From the NCBI GenBank assembly GCA_964016885.1, contig OZ024743.1, positions 172,546,001-172,610,000 on the forward strand: a stretch of 64,000 nucleotides of DNA, written 5' to 3'. Source of the DNA: Eledone cirrhosa (Eukaryota). Under the pieces are notes generated by a model. The model did not search any database, had not been told where the DNA came from, and was given only the letters and a program-made list of their open reading frames with translations. Below, piece after piece: positions 50,374 to 64,000 of the stretch. Numbering within the stretch: position 1 is the stretch's first letter; each line of letters starts with the position of its first letter. The position numbers and the translations under genes were made by a program.

Positions 50374-50633
50374 TAGTTATGTAATAAACAACATAAGATA
50401 ATTATTTCATTTACCAGTGGTTTCTTGAAAGCAAACAAAATTTGCTTTCAGTCATCAGAATGAAAAAATCCTTGTGTATTTATTGACAGTGGATTTTAAA
50501 AACCTTTTTAAAATCCACTGTCAATAAATACACCAGGATTTTTTCATTCTGATGACTGAAAGCAAATTTTGTTTGCTTTCAAGAAACCACTGGTAAATGA
50601 AATAATTATCTTATGTTGTTTATTACATAACTA
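50374..50633. repeat. Near-perfect 260-bp palindrome (inverted PLE-type pseudo-LTR ends)
   Basis: Arms are reverse-complementary about CC at 50503-50504. Confidence 0.92.
50542..50602 (+). ncRNA. Type I hammerhead ribozyme (mirror copy 50405-50465 on -)
   Basis: TTTCATT-CTGATGA-C-TGAAAGCAAA/TTTGCTTTCA-A-GAAA-CCACTGG-TA-AATGAAA. Confidence 0.8.
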
Positions 50634-50709
50634 ATAAGCTCTGTAACCTACATAGAGCACTCTTTTTTCCTGGACCTTTCCGACGGAATTACTTCATTTA
50701 TATATATAT

Positions 50710-52151
<1,442 letters not shown>

Positions 52152-52292
52152 CAGATTAAAGTTTAAGCAAAGAATCGGTGCTTTCACCCTTAACGGGATC
52201 TTCTTGAAACTCTTATCGAGCCCTCTTTGGATTTTAGTCTTCAAATTTATTATTATTACTGTATATATATATAGTTTAATAAATCAACAGAG

Positions 52293-52349
<57 letters not shown>

Positions 52350-52356
<7 letters not shown>

Positions 52357-52792
52357 TTGGTGCTCTGAAATAGCGATATATATATGAATGTATATATAGT
52401 GTATTTTGCAATACACTGTATGCTTAATTAAAAGCATTTCGAAGACCTTACGCTATTGTTTTAGAGTAGTGACAGTCTCTCTTTAAATTTTCAGCAAACA
52501 TATACATATACATATACGTATACATTCATATATATATCGCTATTTCAGAGCACCAATTCTAATTTTCAATTTCTGCTTGACCGGCAACATTCATGATTTT
52601 CAGCAAACAGGTGGAGTACTTAGCTTTGATAAGTACCAAAAAGTACGAAACAGTGTTCTGTCAGCTTTATCTTCCCTGTTTGCTGAAAATTTAAAGTAAG
52701 TGAGACTGTCATTACTCTAAAACAATAGCGTAAGGTCTTCGAAATGCTTTTAATTAAGCATACAGTCTATTGCAAAATACACTATATATACA

Positions 52793-52800
<8 letters not shown>
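52350..52800. repeat. Inverted fragments of a repeat related to the 47-kb tandem unit
   Basis: TGCTCTGAAATAGCGATATATAT and CATTT(C/T)GAAGACCT are shared with 47464-47550; 52390-52480 is inverted at 52700-52795. Confidence 0.7.
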
Positions 52801-52888
<88 letters not shown>

Positions 52889-52889
<1 letters not shown>

Positions 52890-53777
52890 GAGGTGTGTCA
52901 GAAAAGTTCCAGGACTTATGTCACAAAAGATTTATTTCAAACCCAAACTTCACACATAAGAGTTTTCTCCTTCAAAGTAATCCCCCAGGAGTATGTAACT
53001 GTAATCTCAGCTCTCTGCAGCGATCAAACATTTTTCTTCATAATTTTATATACATGTCCTCTGTTTCAGGTCGTCAAGCAATGAGCAACGAACAAACTTC
53101 AAGTTTCTGGTACGGTTAGGGAAAACTCCGCTGCAGCAAGTCTATGGAGATGAGACGATGTCACGCTCACGTGTTTTTGAGTGGTGCAAAAAGTTTAAAG
53201 AAGGACGCGAGGACGTGGAAGATGACCCCAGGAGCGGAAGGCCCTCAACAACCAGGACTGAGGTCAACGTTGAGCGCGTCAGGCAGATGGTGCGTAGCGA
53301 TCGTCGGCTGACTGTTCGACTGATGGCAAATGAGCTGGGCATGAATCGGGACAGCGTCTGGAAGATTCTCACTGAAGATTTGGACATGCGGAAAGTCTGC
53401 GCGAAGATGGTGCCAAAACTGCTGAACGATGACCAGAAGGATTGACGCATACAAGTGTGCCAGGACATCCTCGGGTGTCTTGAAACCGAACCAGACTTGC
53501 TAGGGACAGTCATCACCGGTGATGAATGGATCTTCGAGTACGACCCGGAGGGGACCCGTTTTGAAGACGTGGACGACATCAAAAAGGCCGTGACGACGGA
53601 ACTGCGGAGGATCCCGGAAGAATCCTTCCAGGAGTTCATGCAAGCGTGGCAGAAAAGGATGGAAAAGTGCATTAGACTCCAGGGGGATTACTTTGAAGGA
53701 GAACACTCTTAGTGTGAAGTTTGGGTTTGAAATAAATCTTTTGTGACATCAGTCCTGGAACTTTTCTGACACACCTC

Positions 53778-53778
<1 letters not shown>
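52889..53778 (+). mobile_element. Internally deleted mariner transposon in (TA)n
   Basis: TIRs CGAGGTGTGTCAGAAAAGTTCCAGGACT; transposase pieces (HTH, DDPRSGRP, KMVPKLL, ITGDE, C-terminal GDYFEG); most of the catalytic domain is deleted. Confidence 0.92.
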
Positions 53779-53868
<90 letters not shown>

Positions 53869-53939
53869 ATACAGAGCTTAGTGTTTTGAAAATTAGCTTT
53901 GCTTACAAACAGCGGAGAATTTGAAAATTATGTAGTGAA

Positions 53940-54185
53940 AGTGAAATAGGGCTTCCGCCGTATTTTTGACTAAGTAAATTACCCTAATAGTTAGAGTTAT
54001 AAAACCCACAGAATGGGTGATGTATTGGTGTAAATGGTTAACACAGTGGGCATGATAGCTAAATATATGGGTTTGTGTCCCATGTACGTCAATGCTCATC
54101 TCTTTTCTATTCTGTGGATTTTTATAACTCTAACTATTAAGCTAATTAACTTAGTAAAAAATATGGTGGTAGCTCTATTTCACTA
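53940..54185. repeat. Imperfect inverted repeat (~75-bp arms), MITE-like
   Basis: AATAGTTAGAGTTATAAAACCCACAGAAT versus ATTCTGTGGATTTTTATAACTCTAACTATT. Confidence 0.6.
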
Positions 54186-54519
54186 TCTAATATATATATA
54201 TATATAGGAGGAAATTGTAGTTTACTTGAAGCATTGCGTAATGAGGTATAAACGTTTGGAGTTGTAAAGCCAAAACAATGCAGGTATGGATATAGAATAT
54301 AAATACAAATGCAAAAGATATTGTTGACAATTATTCTTTTACCTTAAATTTATTTGAATATCCTTAATTTTCGAGATAATATCTCTTCTTCGGAGGGAAG
54401 TAAAGGGGTTAATCCAGTGTTCTAATTAGCTTGCCAAGTCATGCTGACAGGAAATGGTATAGAGATTCCATTCTATTTCTAATGTCAAAGAAATAGCTAC
54501 ATACAAAAATTCTGCCTAA

Positions 54520-57040
54520 GAAAACTCATACAACACCTACACCGCACGCTACAACAACACATACGGTCTATTTCCAGCGTAGTACCACAACTCGCTGAAA
54601 CCCCAAAACCTCTGCTCAGAGTAATTTCCGCCGCTATAGACAGGTCATACCACCATCGCCGCGATTACGAGAAAATACGCCTAAAGCAAACATTTCTCAA
54701 ACTCATCATGGCTGACCGTCTTAACAACAACCCAACTCTAAGCACCAACAGAGGCGAACAAGACGGTACCAACATCGAACCTAGCGGCGCCCCGACCAAC
54801 AACACACCTGACGCAAAACACCTCGTCACAGACTTGACAGGATCCCTCTACCGAGATAAACTAGACCTCCTCAGCCTGGGTCCCAAGTTCATATTGAAAC
54901 AGCGACTGGACGACAAATTTTGGCTCGACATAGAAACGAATTTCTGTCGGGCCGCCTACCAACTAAAATGGATATCGACCCTCGGCAACAACACCACGGA
55001 ATCTAACACACCCAGATTCCCGATATACCAACTGGACCGCCCACTCTGTCCACTGCCTGCCAACCGCGAGCTGGAAGAAAAACTCTCGAGGCTTACGGAA
55101 ACAGAAGATAGCCCCAAACCTCTCCAGGACGCAACAACTCGCCCTGAAGAACCTGCGGAAAAGGGAACTCATATACTTACCATCCGACAAAGGTAAAGAA
55201 TTTTGTATCGTCTCTCAAGCCACATACCTAAGCGTCAACGAACTGTATACAGAGGTCCCGGACATAACTGCAGCCCAGATCGCAAAACAGGCCAACTCCA
55301 TCTGGTTCGACATCTGTAGTAGAAGACAACTCCCAAATAAATTTAAGTTCAACTACACCACTAGAAATATCAGACTGCCCACTTTCTATCACCTCATCAA
55401 GACCCACAAGAATAGTACTAAGATAAATAAGACCCATCGTCTCTAGCATAGAAGGACCCCTATACAAAATCTCCTGGCTCCTCTCCCAGGTCCTCAAGCC
55501 TCTACTCTCCACCTTTCCCGGGCATGTCAGTAGCTCCGACGAGGTCATGCGTAGACTACACCAACTCCAGCCAGAACAACTTAAATTAAATAGATAGCCT
55601 TTAGCCTCGACTTTGTCTCCCTCTACACTACAGTCCCCGCCCATCCAGCTGTCGGTTTATTGACGGACTGCGTGGTCGCAGAGGACATCCACTGTAACGG
55701 CCTCCATCCGACGGACATACACCAGCTTTTGTCCTTCACAGTGGACAACACGTAATTCACCTTCCACCACCACACATACAGACAGACAACAGGATTACCC
55801 ATGGGATCCAGCCTATCGGGCCTGCTGGCCATCACCTATATGAACCAGCTAGAATGCCGGGCCCTCAACACCTGCCATTCCTATACCTTCTTCACCCGAT
55901 ACGTAGATGACATTCTCATCCTTACATCATCCTGTGAGAAAGCGGATAAAATATACACGACATTCTCCAGCATGGACGCCAGTATAAAGTTCAGCATGGA
56001 ACACCCCGATGACCGCAGATCCCTATCCCTACTGGACTTCCAACTCAGGGTAACAGAGGAAGGCAACATCCACACCTGCTTCTATAAAAAAAAAGTCACC
56101 AGCAGGGACCTGCTCGTACATTTCAGATCGGCCCTCCCAGCCAGCGTTAAGTTCGGATACATTAGGAACGAACTAACACATATCCGGAACAAATGCACCG
56201 ACGCAAGAGACCGAGACACACACACCACACATTTCCTGGAAGTACTTAAACTGAACGGATACACGACATCCACCACAAACCGTGCCAGAAACAACAAAGG
56301 ACACTACACCCGAGGCACTAACACCTACTTCCTGAAGCTCCCACACTTCAGTGACGAAACAACAACAGCCATTCGCAGAGTTATCAGACGAGAGGGACTA
56401 GACATCCAGCTAGCTCACTCAGGACCTTCTCTACGCGGACAGCTAACCAAAGGACACTCCACCAGACATGACAGCCGCTGCAGGCTAGCCAACTGCCCCA
56501 TCAACGACACAGACCTATGCCACCAGGCTTACGTGGTATACAGATTAGAGTGCGACAAATGCAGCAATTTCTACATAGGTAGCACCACCAGACCACTTCA
56601 CATAAGAATAAAAGAACACCTCAATACTAACGCTTCCTCATTTAAGAAACACCTAGTGAAATGCAAAAAGACCGACAAAAACATAATAGTTAGGATAGAA
56701 ACTAAGGAAAGAAACCTCGGCAATCTTAGAATTAAAGAAGCACTGATTATAGACAAAACACAACCACCAATCAATAACAGACTAGAACTCAACACCCAGT
56801 TTTTAACATGATAGACACCTAGCCCCACACTTACACACACGCACACACACACATATGTATATACCTCCACTTATTATCTCTCACACACACACACATACAC
56901 ACAAAGACCCGTTTTAACATGATAGAGCATCTAGCCCCCACATTTACATATAGACATATCCTCTCACACTCACACACACACACACGCATACTTACACCTT
57001 CACGTATTCTCTCACACACTTAAACATACATGTACAAAAC
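54520..57040 (+). mobile_element. Penelope-like element (RT + GIY-YIG), degenerate
   Basis: LSLGPKF, PSDKG, RPIVSS, MGSSLSG..RYVDD, VVYRLECDKC..YIGSTTRPL..RIKEH; ORFs 54708..55196 and 55801..56811. Confidence 0.9.
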
Positions 57041-57059
57041 CCCTTTTAAAGGGAGATAA

Positions 57060-57410
57060 TTTATCTATATAAATTACGTTACTGACGTCATCAAGCACAG
57101 CAACATAAGAATCTTTGCAAATGATTCCAAGTTCCAGAAGGTCATCAATGGAGTGGGTGACCTGACATGCGTTTAATCAGTTCTACTTGTTATCCAATGG
57201 GTAGAAAACAACAATATGCTGCTGAACGTGGATAAATTTGAATTAAGCCACTTTGAAAAAGAGGATGCACTGAAACTCCCATATTCGCTTCCTTCAGGTG
57301 AAACTTTCATGATATCCAACAACATCAGACACTTGGGAGTAATTGTCGATAACAACATAAGCTGGACCACTCATGTAGACAGAAAAGTTGAAAATACATA
57401 TGGCCATCAG
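57060..57410 (+). mobile_element. CR1/L2-type LINE RT fragment
   Basis: IYIN...IRIFANDSK, WVENNNMLLNVDK, LGVIVDNNISW..HV. Confidence 0.7.
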
Positions 57411-57628
57411 TAACTCGCTCGGTATGCAAATGAGGCTACTCAGCCGATGTGTACTTAAGAAAATACTATATATTTTCAACCGTTCAACACATTGGCAGAG
57501 CGGTATACAGTCCTGATGAAGGGTAATGACCCAGAAACATGTTGAAATAATGGATGACGATCGGTCACCGGCACGGCACAGCTTTAATCGGGCCGTTTAT
57601 TTACAAACAAAGCGAACATGATTATTAA

Positions 57629-58653
57629 TCTATATATATAAAACTGAGGTTGTCTGTCTGTCTACTAAAACCTTCGGCACACATCTCCTCTTAAACCGTA
57701 CATTCAAATTTCGGTGAAATTGCTACACTTATAGATGAAGGTCCGGCGGAACCATCGGTCAAATAAATTTTCAAATAAGTTCTTGTTTTTGATTATGTCA
57801 TCTATATATATAAAACTGAGGTTGTCTGTCTGTCTACTAAAACCTTCGGCACACATCTCCTCTTAAACCGTACGTTCAAATTTCGGTGAAATTGCTACAC
57901 TTATAGATGAAGGTCCGGCGGAACCATCGGTCAAATAAATTTTCAAATAAGTTCTTGTTTTTGATTATGTCATCTATATATATAAAGCTGTGATTGTCTG
58001 TCTGTCTATCGATTTTTGGCACACATCTCCTCTTAGAATCTCTGACGGATTTGCACCGAAATTGCTATACTTGTACATTGAGCCCTAGCGAAGACATCGG
58101 AAAAAAAATATTTCAAATTGACCCACCCTATGTGACGAAATCGAATCTAATGTATCGATTTTTGAGCGTAAGTGACGAGTTATTTCCCTTTGTTCTGTTT
58201 ACGTCTTACGTTCTGTTTACATTTTCTGCGTGCAAAAATTAAAAAATTACGCTGGCTTTCTCAGCGTTTAAAATGACATTAACACAATACACGAACAGTT
58301 GTCGAGCCAGCAAAATTTTGACCTGCAAAATTCATCAGTTCGAACACTAAGCTTCCGTTTTGCTTCATTTCCATTTAAAAGCCTTTTAAAACAATATTTT
58401 TACTTGAAAACAAGTCTATTTAAAGACTACGTAAAACAAGCAAATATTTCCTCTTTTGTTATAACATTCGGGTTATCGTTATGTTTTCTTAACTTCATAA
58501 GGCATATTGTTGGTTGAGGGAATATTAATCAAAAACACCACATGCAAGTCTGCACAGTAGACACTACAGTTTTTAAGCCAAAAAAGAAACTTAACATTGT
58601 AACTTTAACACAGCTACTGAGCGACCCCGAGCAACGCCGGGCTTTACTGCTAG
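57629..58653 (+). mobile_element. Non-autonomous Helitron with triplicated 5' end
   Basis: TCTATATATATAAA at 57629, 57801 and 57973; 3' CCCGAGCAACGCCGGG..CTAG; A/T target. Confidence 0.82.
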
Positions 58654-58809
58654 TGTTCGATATAACTCATACGTACATATGTGTGTGTGTGTGTGTGTGT
58701 GTGTAAGTTTGGAAGCAAATAAAAATGTTTTTAATAACAAGTAATACTAAATCTATTGACCAGCAACATACATGTAATTATACATAAATATCTTTAGAAT
58801 ATAATGTAC

Positions 58810-59100
58810 AGAGTTTATTCAAAATGAGCCCCTCGTGTAGCAATAACAGCCTATAACCTCCGTTAAACACCCTTCACCGATGTACGCAACATTTCTTGGG
58901 GAATTTCTTTACAAGTGCTCAGTAAAGATACTTTGAAATCATTGACTGTGTTATGGACTTTAGAACAGGCTTTTTCTTCAAGGATAGACCATAGTGAAAA
59001 GTCTATTTGGTTCAAATCAAGCGACCAAGATGGCCACATTGTGTTTACCAGAGCCTCGGAAGATGGTCTTTGCACCAAGCTTGTGTGACATTTGCTATAT
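58810..59100 (-). mobile_element. Tc1/mariner (maT/DD37D-like) transposase C-terminal remnant
   Basis: WPSWSLDLNQIDFSLWSILEEKAC resembles the WPPSSPDLNPLDYSIW motif. Confidence 0.7.
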
Positions 59101-59109
59101 GGGAAGTGG

Positions 59110-61447
59110 TTGCATCTTGTTGGGAGTTTCACAGATAATCATTGCCATAATGATTAGTTGCAGAACCAAGCATAGGCTCCAGAAAAGCGTTTATGTAAGA
59201 TTGGGAGCTGATTTTTGTCCTTTCTTCTAATTTTAAAATCACTCGTTCTTTTCACTCATATCTCTTGGATCATGCAATGCTTCGCAATAAAGTTTCATTC
59301 AATCTTCCAACCAAAAGGCTTCTTCAGAAGCCACCTGTCTCACCCAAGATTGATGTGGGCAAGCTGCGATCAGTTGATGGGAAACTGGAATATTCTGCAA
59401 AGCTTGACTCATCTCTCGACTCTGTCCAGATTTCTGATGACATTGAGGCTTCATGGAAAGCGCTCAAAGATGCCACCCATGCAGCCTCTGTGGAAAGCTT
59501 AGGATTTCCTATGAGAAAACATCAGGACTGGTTTGATAAAGGCAACTCAAATGTGCATAACATTATCAATAGGATTTGGTTTGGAGATAAAAGTTCAGCA
59601 ACAAAAAAGATAGCCTACAAAGATTACAAGAATCAAAGGTCGATGAGGATGTAATACCATCTATTCCACAAAGGCCGGAGGTCCCTGAATTAGCATTACA
59701 CCCAAACTTGAATGAAATAAAAGCTGCTATCAGGCAGATATCATCCAATAAGGCTTCTGGTAAAGATGGCATCCCACCTGAAATCTTCAAATATCGTGGT
59801 AAAAGCAGGTTCGTAGGCTTCTTCAGCTGTTTCTGGAGATCTGGAGAGTTGAAAGTGTCCCCTGGGACTTCAGAGATGCATCGATAATCCACCTGTTCAA
59901 AACCAAAGGTAAAACATTTATCTGCGACAATTCTCGTAGCATCGCCATTCTCTTACTGCTGATAAGATACCATACCGTGTCATTCTCAACAGAATTACAC
60001 CGACTTGTTGACGATATCTACCCTGAAAATCAGTGTGGTTTCCGCTCTGGTCGGAGTACTATTGATATGATTTTCTCTCTTCTCCAGGTCACAGAGAAGG
60101 TTCGTGAAAGGAACCAGAGCTGTTTATGGTTTTTGTTGATCTGACTCAGGCCTTTGACACTGTCAATCGCAAAACTCTTTGGAAAATCCCGAAAAAGCTT
60201 GGCATACCTGATAATGTGCTAAATATCATTATATCTTTCCACAGAGGCATAAAAGCATCAGTTATGTCAGATGGTGAATGCTCTGAACTCTTTGCTGTTG
60301 CAAATGGTGCGGATCAGGGTTGTGTCATGGCTCCTGTCCTCTTTGCTTTGCTATTTTCTGTAATGTTCCAGCATGCATTTAACGATTTGGACACTGGTGT
60401 CAGATTTGAGTCCCGTACACTGGTGTCAGATTTGAGTCCCATCAGCGCTTTAAGGCTAAAACACTCACACGAACAAGTATCATTCACAATTTAATGTTTA
60501 CTGATGATGCTGCACTTGTTGCAACATCCCTCAAAGAGGCACAGGAATTGATGAACTACTTTTCACATGCCTATAAGTGTTTTGGTCTAACAATCAGTAT
60601 CAATAAAACTGAGGTGATACATCAACCAAATTAATCCCTCAGGTATGCAGGAGGCGTTAAACAGGTGCGGTCAGATCAAAGGCATCCTCTTGTACTCATC
60701 ACTATGATGGCAAAGATCTGAAATATGTGAGCTCCTTTACTTATCTTTGCATCCCTGGATGATGAGATTGTTAATCGCATCCCTAAGGCAACTGATACTT
60801 CTGGCAAACTATATCACCACCTATGGAGCGTCAGAGGTATATCCCTGAAAACAAAAGTTGCAGTTTATCGTGCAGAGTCAGGGACACTTTACCGCACTCA
60901 CATACATGAGCTTGATGTCTTCCACAAAGGCTGTCTTCGCTCTGTCTGTGGATATGCACTTTCTAACATTCTTCAATGCCGAACTTTTCACAAGGTGCAA
61001 CACTGGTCGTATTGAGTCATTTCTGATGCAATCCCAACTCAGATGGGCTGGTCATGTCCTACGGATGTCTGAGGACCTCACACCTAACGTTCTGTTGTAC
61101 AGTCAGCTCCAGGATGGTGCACATAGTGTGGGTAGGCCACAACTGAAGTTCAATCTTAAGTCTGTCAATGTGCCTCTTTCTTCGTTTGAAGCGATGACTG
61201 CCAACTGTAAAACATGGAGAACTGTTTGCCACAAAGGTATAAAGAACTTTGAGAAATCTCATTTGGCCCAAAGTCCGGTAAAGGCATTTGAGACTGCTTT
61301 GTTCGAGATCCTGACACCTGCACCGAATGCAGATTGATGTGTAAATCAGCAGCTTGAATGAAGTGCCATTTGAGGCATAAACATAAAACAATGAACTGAA
61401 ATGATGGTTGAACCTTCATACGACGAATCGACGGGAGAGCCCATAAT
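59110..61447 (+). mobile_element. RTE-clade LINE, degenerate
   Basis: RKHQDWFD, KASGKDGIPPE, QCGFRSGRSTIDMIF, FVDLTQAFDTVNR, QGCVMAP, FTDD, QLRWAGHVLRM. Confidence 0.9.
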
Positions 61448-61916
61448 ATGTATATATATATGAACATAGAATTAGAATTTAGCTTCAGGCAACTTCTGGA
61501 CTTTGAAAACAGGCGAGAATATATGGTTTTTTCGTCTGTTTAAGTGAGGAGATTAATCTCATTTGCATATGAAGCTGTATACGTTGGCTCAACGTATAAT
61601 AGAATAGAATTAGAATTTAGCTTCAGGCATAGTTGTATGTATTGCAATTTCGTATTTCTAGCGGTGTCTGGTGGTGTCCATAGGAAGTAAGGGGGACAAT
61701 CGCCGATGCGCATTTCGAACTGAACTGGTTCTCCCCAGGACGATCCCTCCCACTCTTGCAACTGCTGGACGTTGAAAACAGGTGAGAATATATGGTTTTC
61801 TTGCTGCGTAAATGAGGTGATTAATCTCATTTGCATATGAAACTGTATAAGTTGACTTAACTTAATAGAATAGAATTAGGATTTAGAATAATAGAATAGA
61901 ATTAGGATTTAGAATA

Positions 61917-62310
61917 ATAGAATAGAATTAGGATTTAGCTTCCGGCATAGATGTATGTATTGCAATTTCGTATTTCTAAAGAAATACGGTATGTTTAAAA
62001 TAAACACTTAGAGAGCCGTAGCTATGCCAAAACACCAGCGGCTAACGCCGTCTGGCGGTGTCTAGCAGAAGCAACGGGGACAATCGCCGATTCAGATACG
62101 AGAACCAGTCAGTTCGAAATGCGCATCGGCGATAGTTCCCCTTGCTTCCTATGGACACCGCCAGACGGCGTTAGCCCCTGGTATTTTGACATAGCGACGG
62201 CTCTCTAAGTGTTTATTTTAAACATACTGTATTTCTTTAGAAATATGAAATTCCAAATCATATCTGTATACAGCTATACCTGAAGCTAAATTCTAATTCT
62301 ATTCTATTAT
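61917..62310. repeat. Imperfect palindrome (~175-bp arms) of a repeat also present at 61465-61920
   Basis: AATAGAATAGAATTAGGATTTAGCTTC...ATCGCCGAT is mirrored by ATCGGCGAT...GAAGCTAAATTCTAATTCTATTCTATT. Confidence 0.8.
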
Positions 62311-62329
62311 AAGGAGCGGATGGTAGTTC

Positions 62330-63720
62330 GGTCCCCGAGGATGAGGACATCTTTTTAGGGGTCAGCTCTACCTGGAGGAGAATAGACCGCACGTCCAAAA
62401 CGGAGGCTGCAGAGCTCTCAGCGTCGTGGTTGACATTCACCACCTCCGACTTGGACGAGTTGACCTGGAGGCCGATTCCCGCCAGAGCAGGAACCACCGA
62501 TCGTAGATCATGGCAGACAGTCTCCACAAGCCCGTCCAACGTAGCATCATTCAGGTACCAAACTTTGAGAGGGGCAGTGATACTCCGGGCTATGTAGTCT
62601 ATACCAAGAGCAAATAAGAGGGGCCCAAAAGGTCACACCATGTGGGACCCCAGTGACTGAAGGTATGACCTATCAGCCGCAAGGAGCATGCCAGCGGGTA
62701 GGCAGAGGGGGCTCGGCTGGGGCAGGCATCGAGCAGATGGTCACGGCGTAGCCAGTTAAAGGCATTCTTCATGTCAAGCTTGAGAATGAGGTGCCTGGAG
62801 TCCCTGGATACCGGTTCCGGTGGGCAACTATTGAAGAACTGCCTGGTTGCATGTGCGGCCCCCTCACAATCACCGGACATGCTGACACCCAGTTTCATCG
62901 TGCTGAGCTCCTCGCCCAGTTCAGGTGTGATGGACCTGCAGACCACCTAGCCTCCAGAATATATTGCCCACGGCTATGGGGTGTATACCACATTTCTTCC
63001 TGTGAGCGGTCAGGCTAGACGAAAAAAGAGGCCTCGAGCGTGAGGGTCCAGGGCACCATGGATGAACCTATTAGTGAGTCCCACAATTGCACTCAGAAGG
63101 CGGCGCCCAGCCTCAGCGGAGAGGGGAGATAACTCCTTGAGGTGGCCAGGTCGGAGGCCATCAGAACTACCGGTGCTGGGAAGGACTTGGTGGCAGACAT
63201 GATGCCTGCGTTGGAATCTACAAAGAGCAAGTGAGAATCAGGTGGGGGTATGGATCTAAGGTCGGCGGGCGGCTCAGGGTGGTTGAGCAGTAGGACAGCC
63301 AGGACCTCCTCGGTGGGTTGGAGGACAGTGTCCTCCGAGGCATCCACTCTGACTGCAGCCGAGACATCACCCATGATTAGTTTAGAATTTACGTAGTCGC
63401 GTAAACGCTTTGTGCTGGCCTCAGGGATGGAGGATTGGAGACACCCGAGAGCAGAGGCTGTGGTGTCCTTCGGCATATATGGGATGGGCGCTTGCCCAAA
63501 CGACGAAACATTGGCCTTGACAATGGCTACTGTCGACAGGCCGCCTCGGTCAGCGCCAAAGATGAGGAGGCCGAGGGTGAGTGGGGCGAATAAAAAAAGG
63601 CGCTCCCAGTCGCTGGCTCGATTAGAGTCCAGGGCCTTCTCGATTGAGGAAACGATGAAACCGGCTACCGGCACCCGGGCTGCTCTCGGGATCTTGAGCT
63701 AAATCTTCCGGAGCCGCTGA
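62330..63720 (-). mobile_element. CRE-clade-like non-LTR retrotransposon RT remnant
   Basis: GDCEGAAHATRQF, LKLDMKNAFN, WYLNDATL and GDVSAAVR fit CRE-type RTs. Confidence 0.7.
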
Positions 63721-64000
63721 GCCGAGCGATGTTGACAAGCGAGGCTTGAGTATCAGACAAGCTCGGTGTCTCATCTAGTGCTGTAGCAGACGAGGGAATA
63801 GACATTTGCTGCATCTCCACGCTGAGAGGGCACTAGAAACTCGACGTGTCAAGCCAATACAAGTAAGGTGGTGGAAACGGCCGCACCCCGAATAGTTCCG
63901 GTCTCTCTTTAGCCTGTTCGTGGTGCTGCAAGTGCTGTAGGTGTCGATTGGTGGGTATGGAGGATGGGGCGTGGGCCGGCGACTGGAGCACTAAGTGGCA

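Noticed and set aside
57507-57548. Hammerhead-like CTGATGA..GAAAC (similar degenerate motifs at 54361-54397 and 52170-52210 on -)
   Set aside because: Stem I, stem III or core bases are defective; probably decayed PLE remnants.

Overview
This is animal (eukaryotic) repeat-rich DNA with no recognisable host gene. The Nin/Deu-domain and CORE-like tRNA SINEs and the long TA/TG/TAA microsatellites suggest an octopod cephalopod (inference). Bases 1-37.9 kb are an almost continuous stack of non-LTR retrotransposons separated by (TAA)n tracts. It holds eight copies of two R4/Dong-like RT-RLE families, all on + and including two intact ORFs (1130 and 1216 aa). It also holds six copies or fragments of Tx1-clade (ORF1 + APE-RT) elements, all on -. 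The families appear to interact: Dong-A and Dong-B share a 5' module, a Dong fragment is captured inside a Tx1, a SINE 3' piece sits in the Dong-B 5' UTR, and the SINE 3' end mirrors the Tx1 3' end. Bases 38-64 kb are an older mixed TE zone: Penelope-like elements with inverted pseudo-LTRs, several minimal type I hammerhead ribozymes including a 310-bp retrozyme-like tandem, non-autonomous Helitrons, a deleted mariner, and RTE, CR1 and CRE remnants. Everything was read by eye, so boundaries may be off by a few bp.
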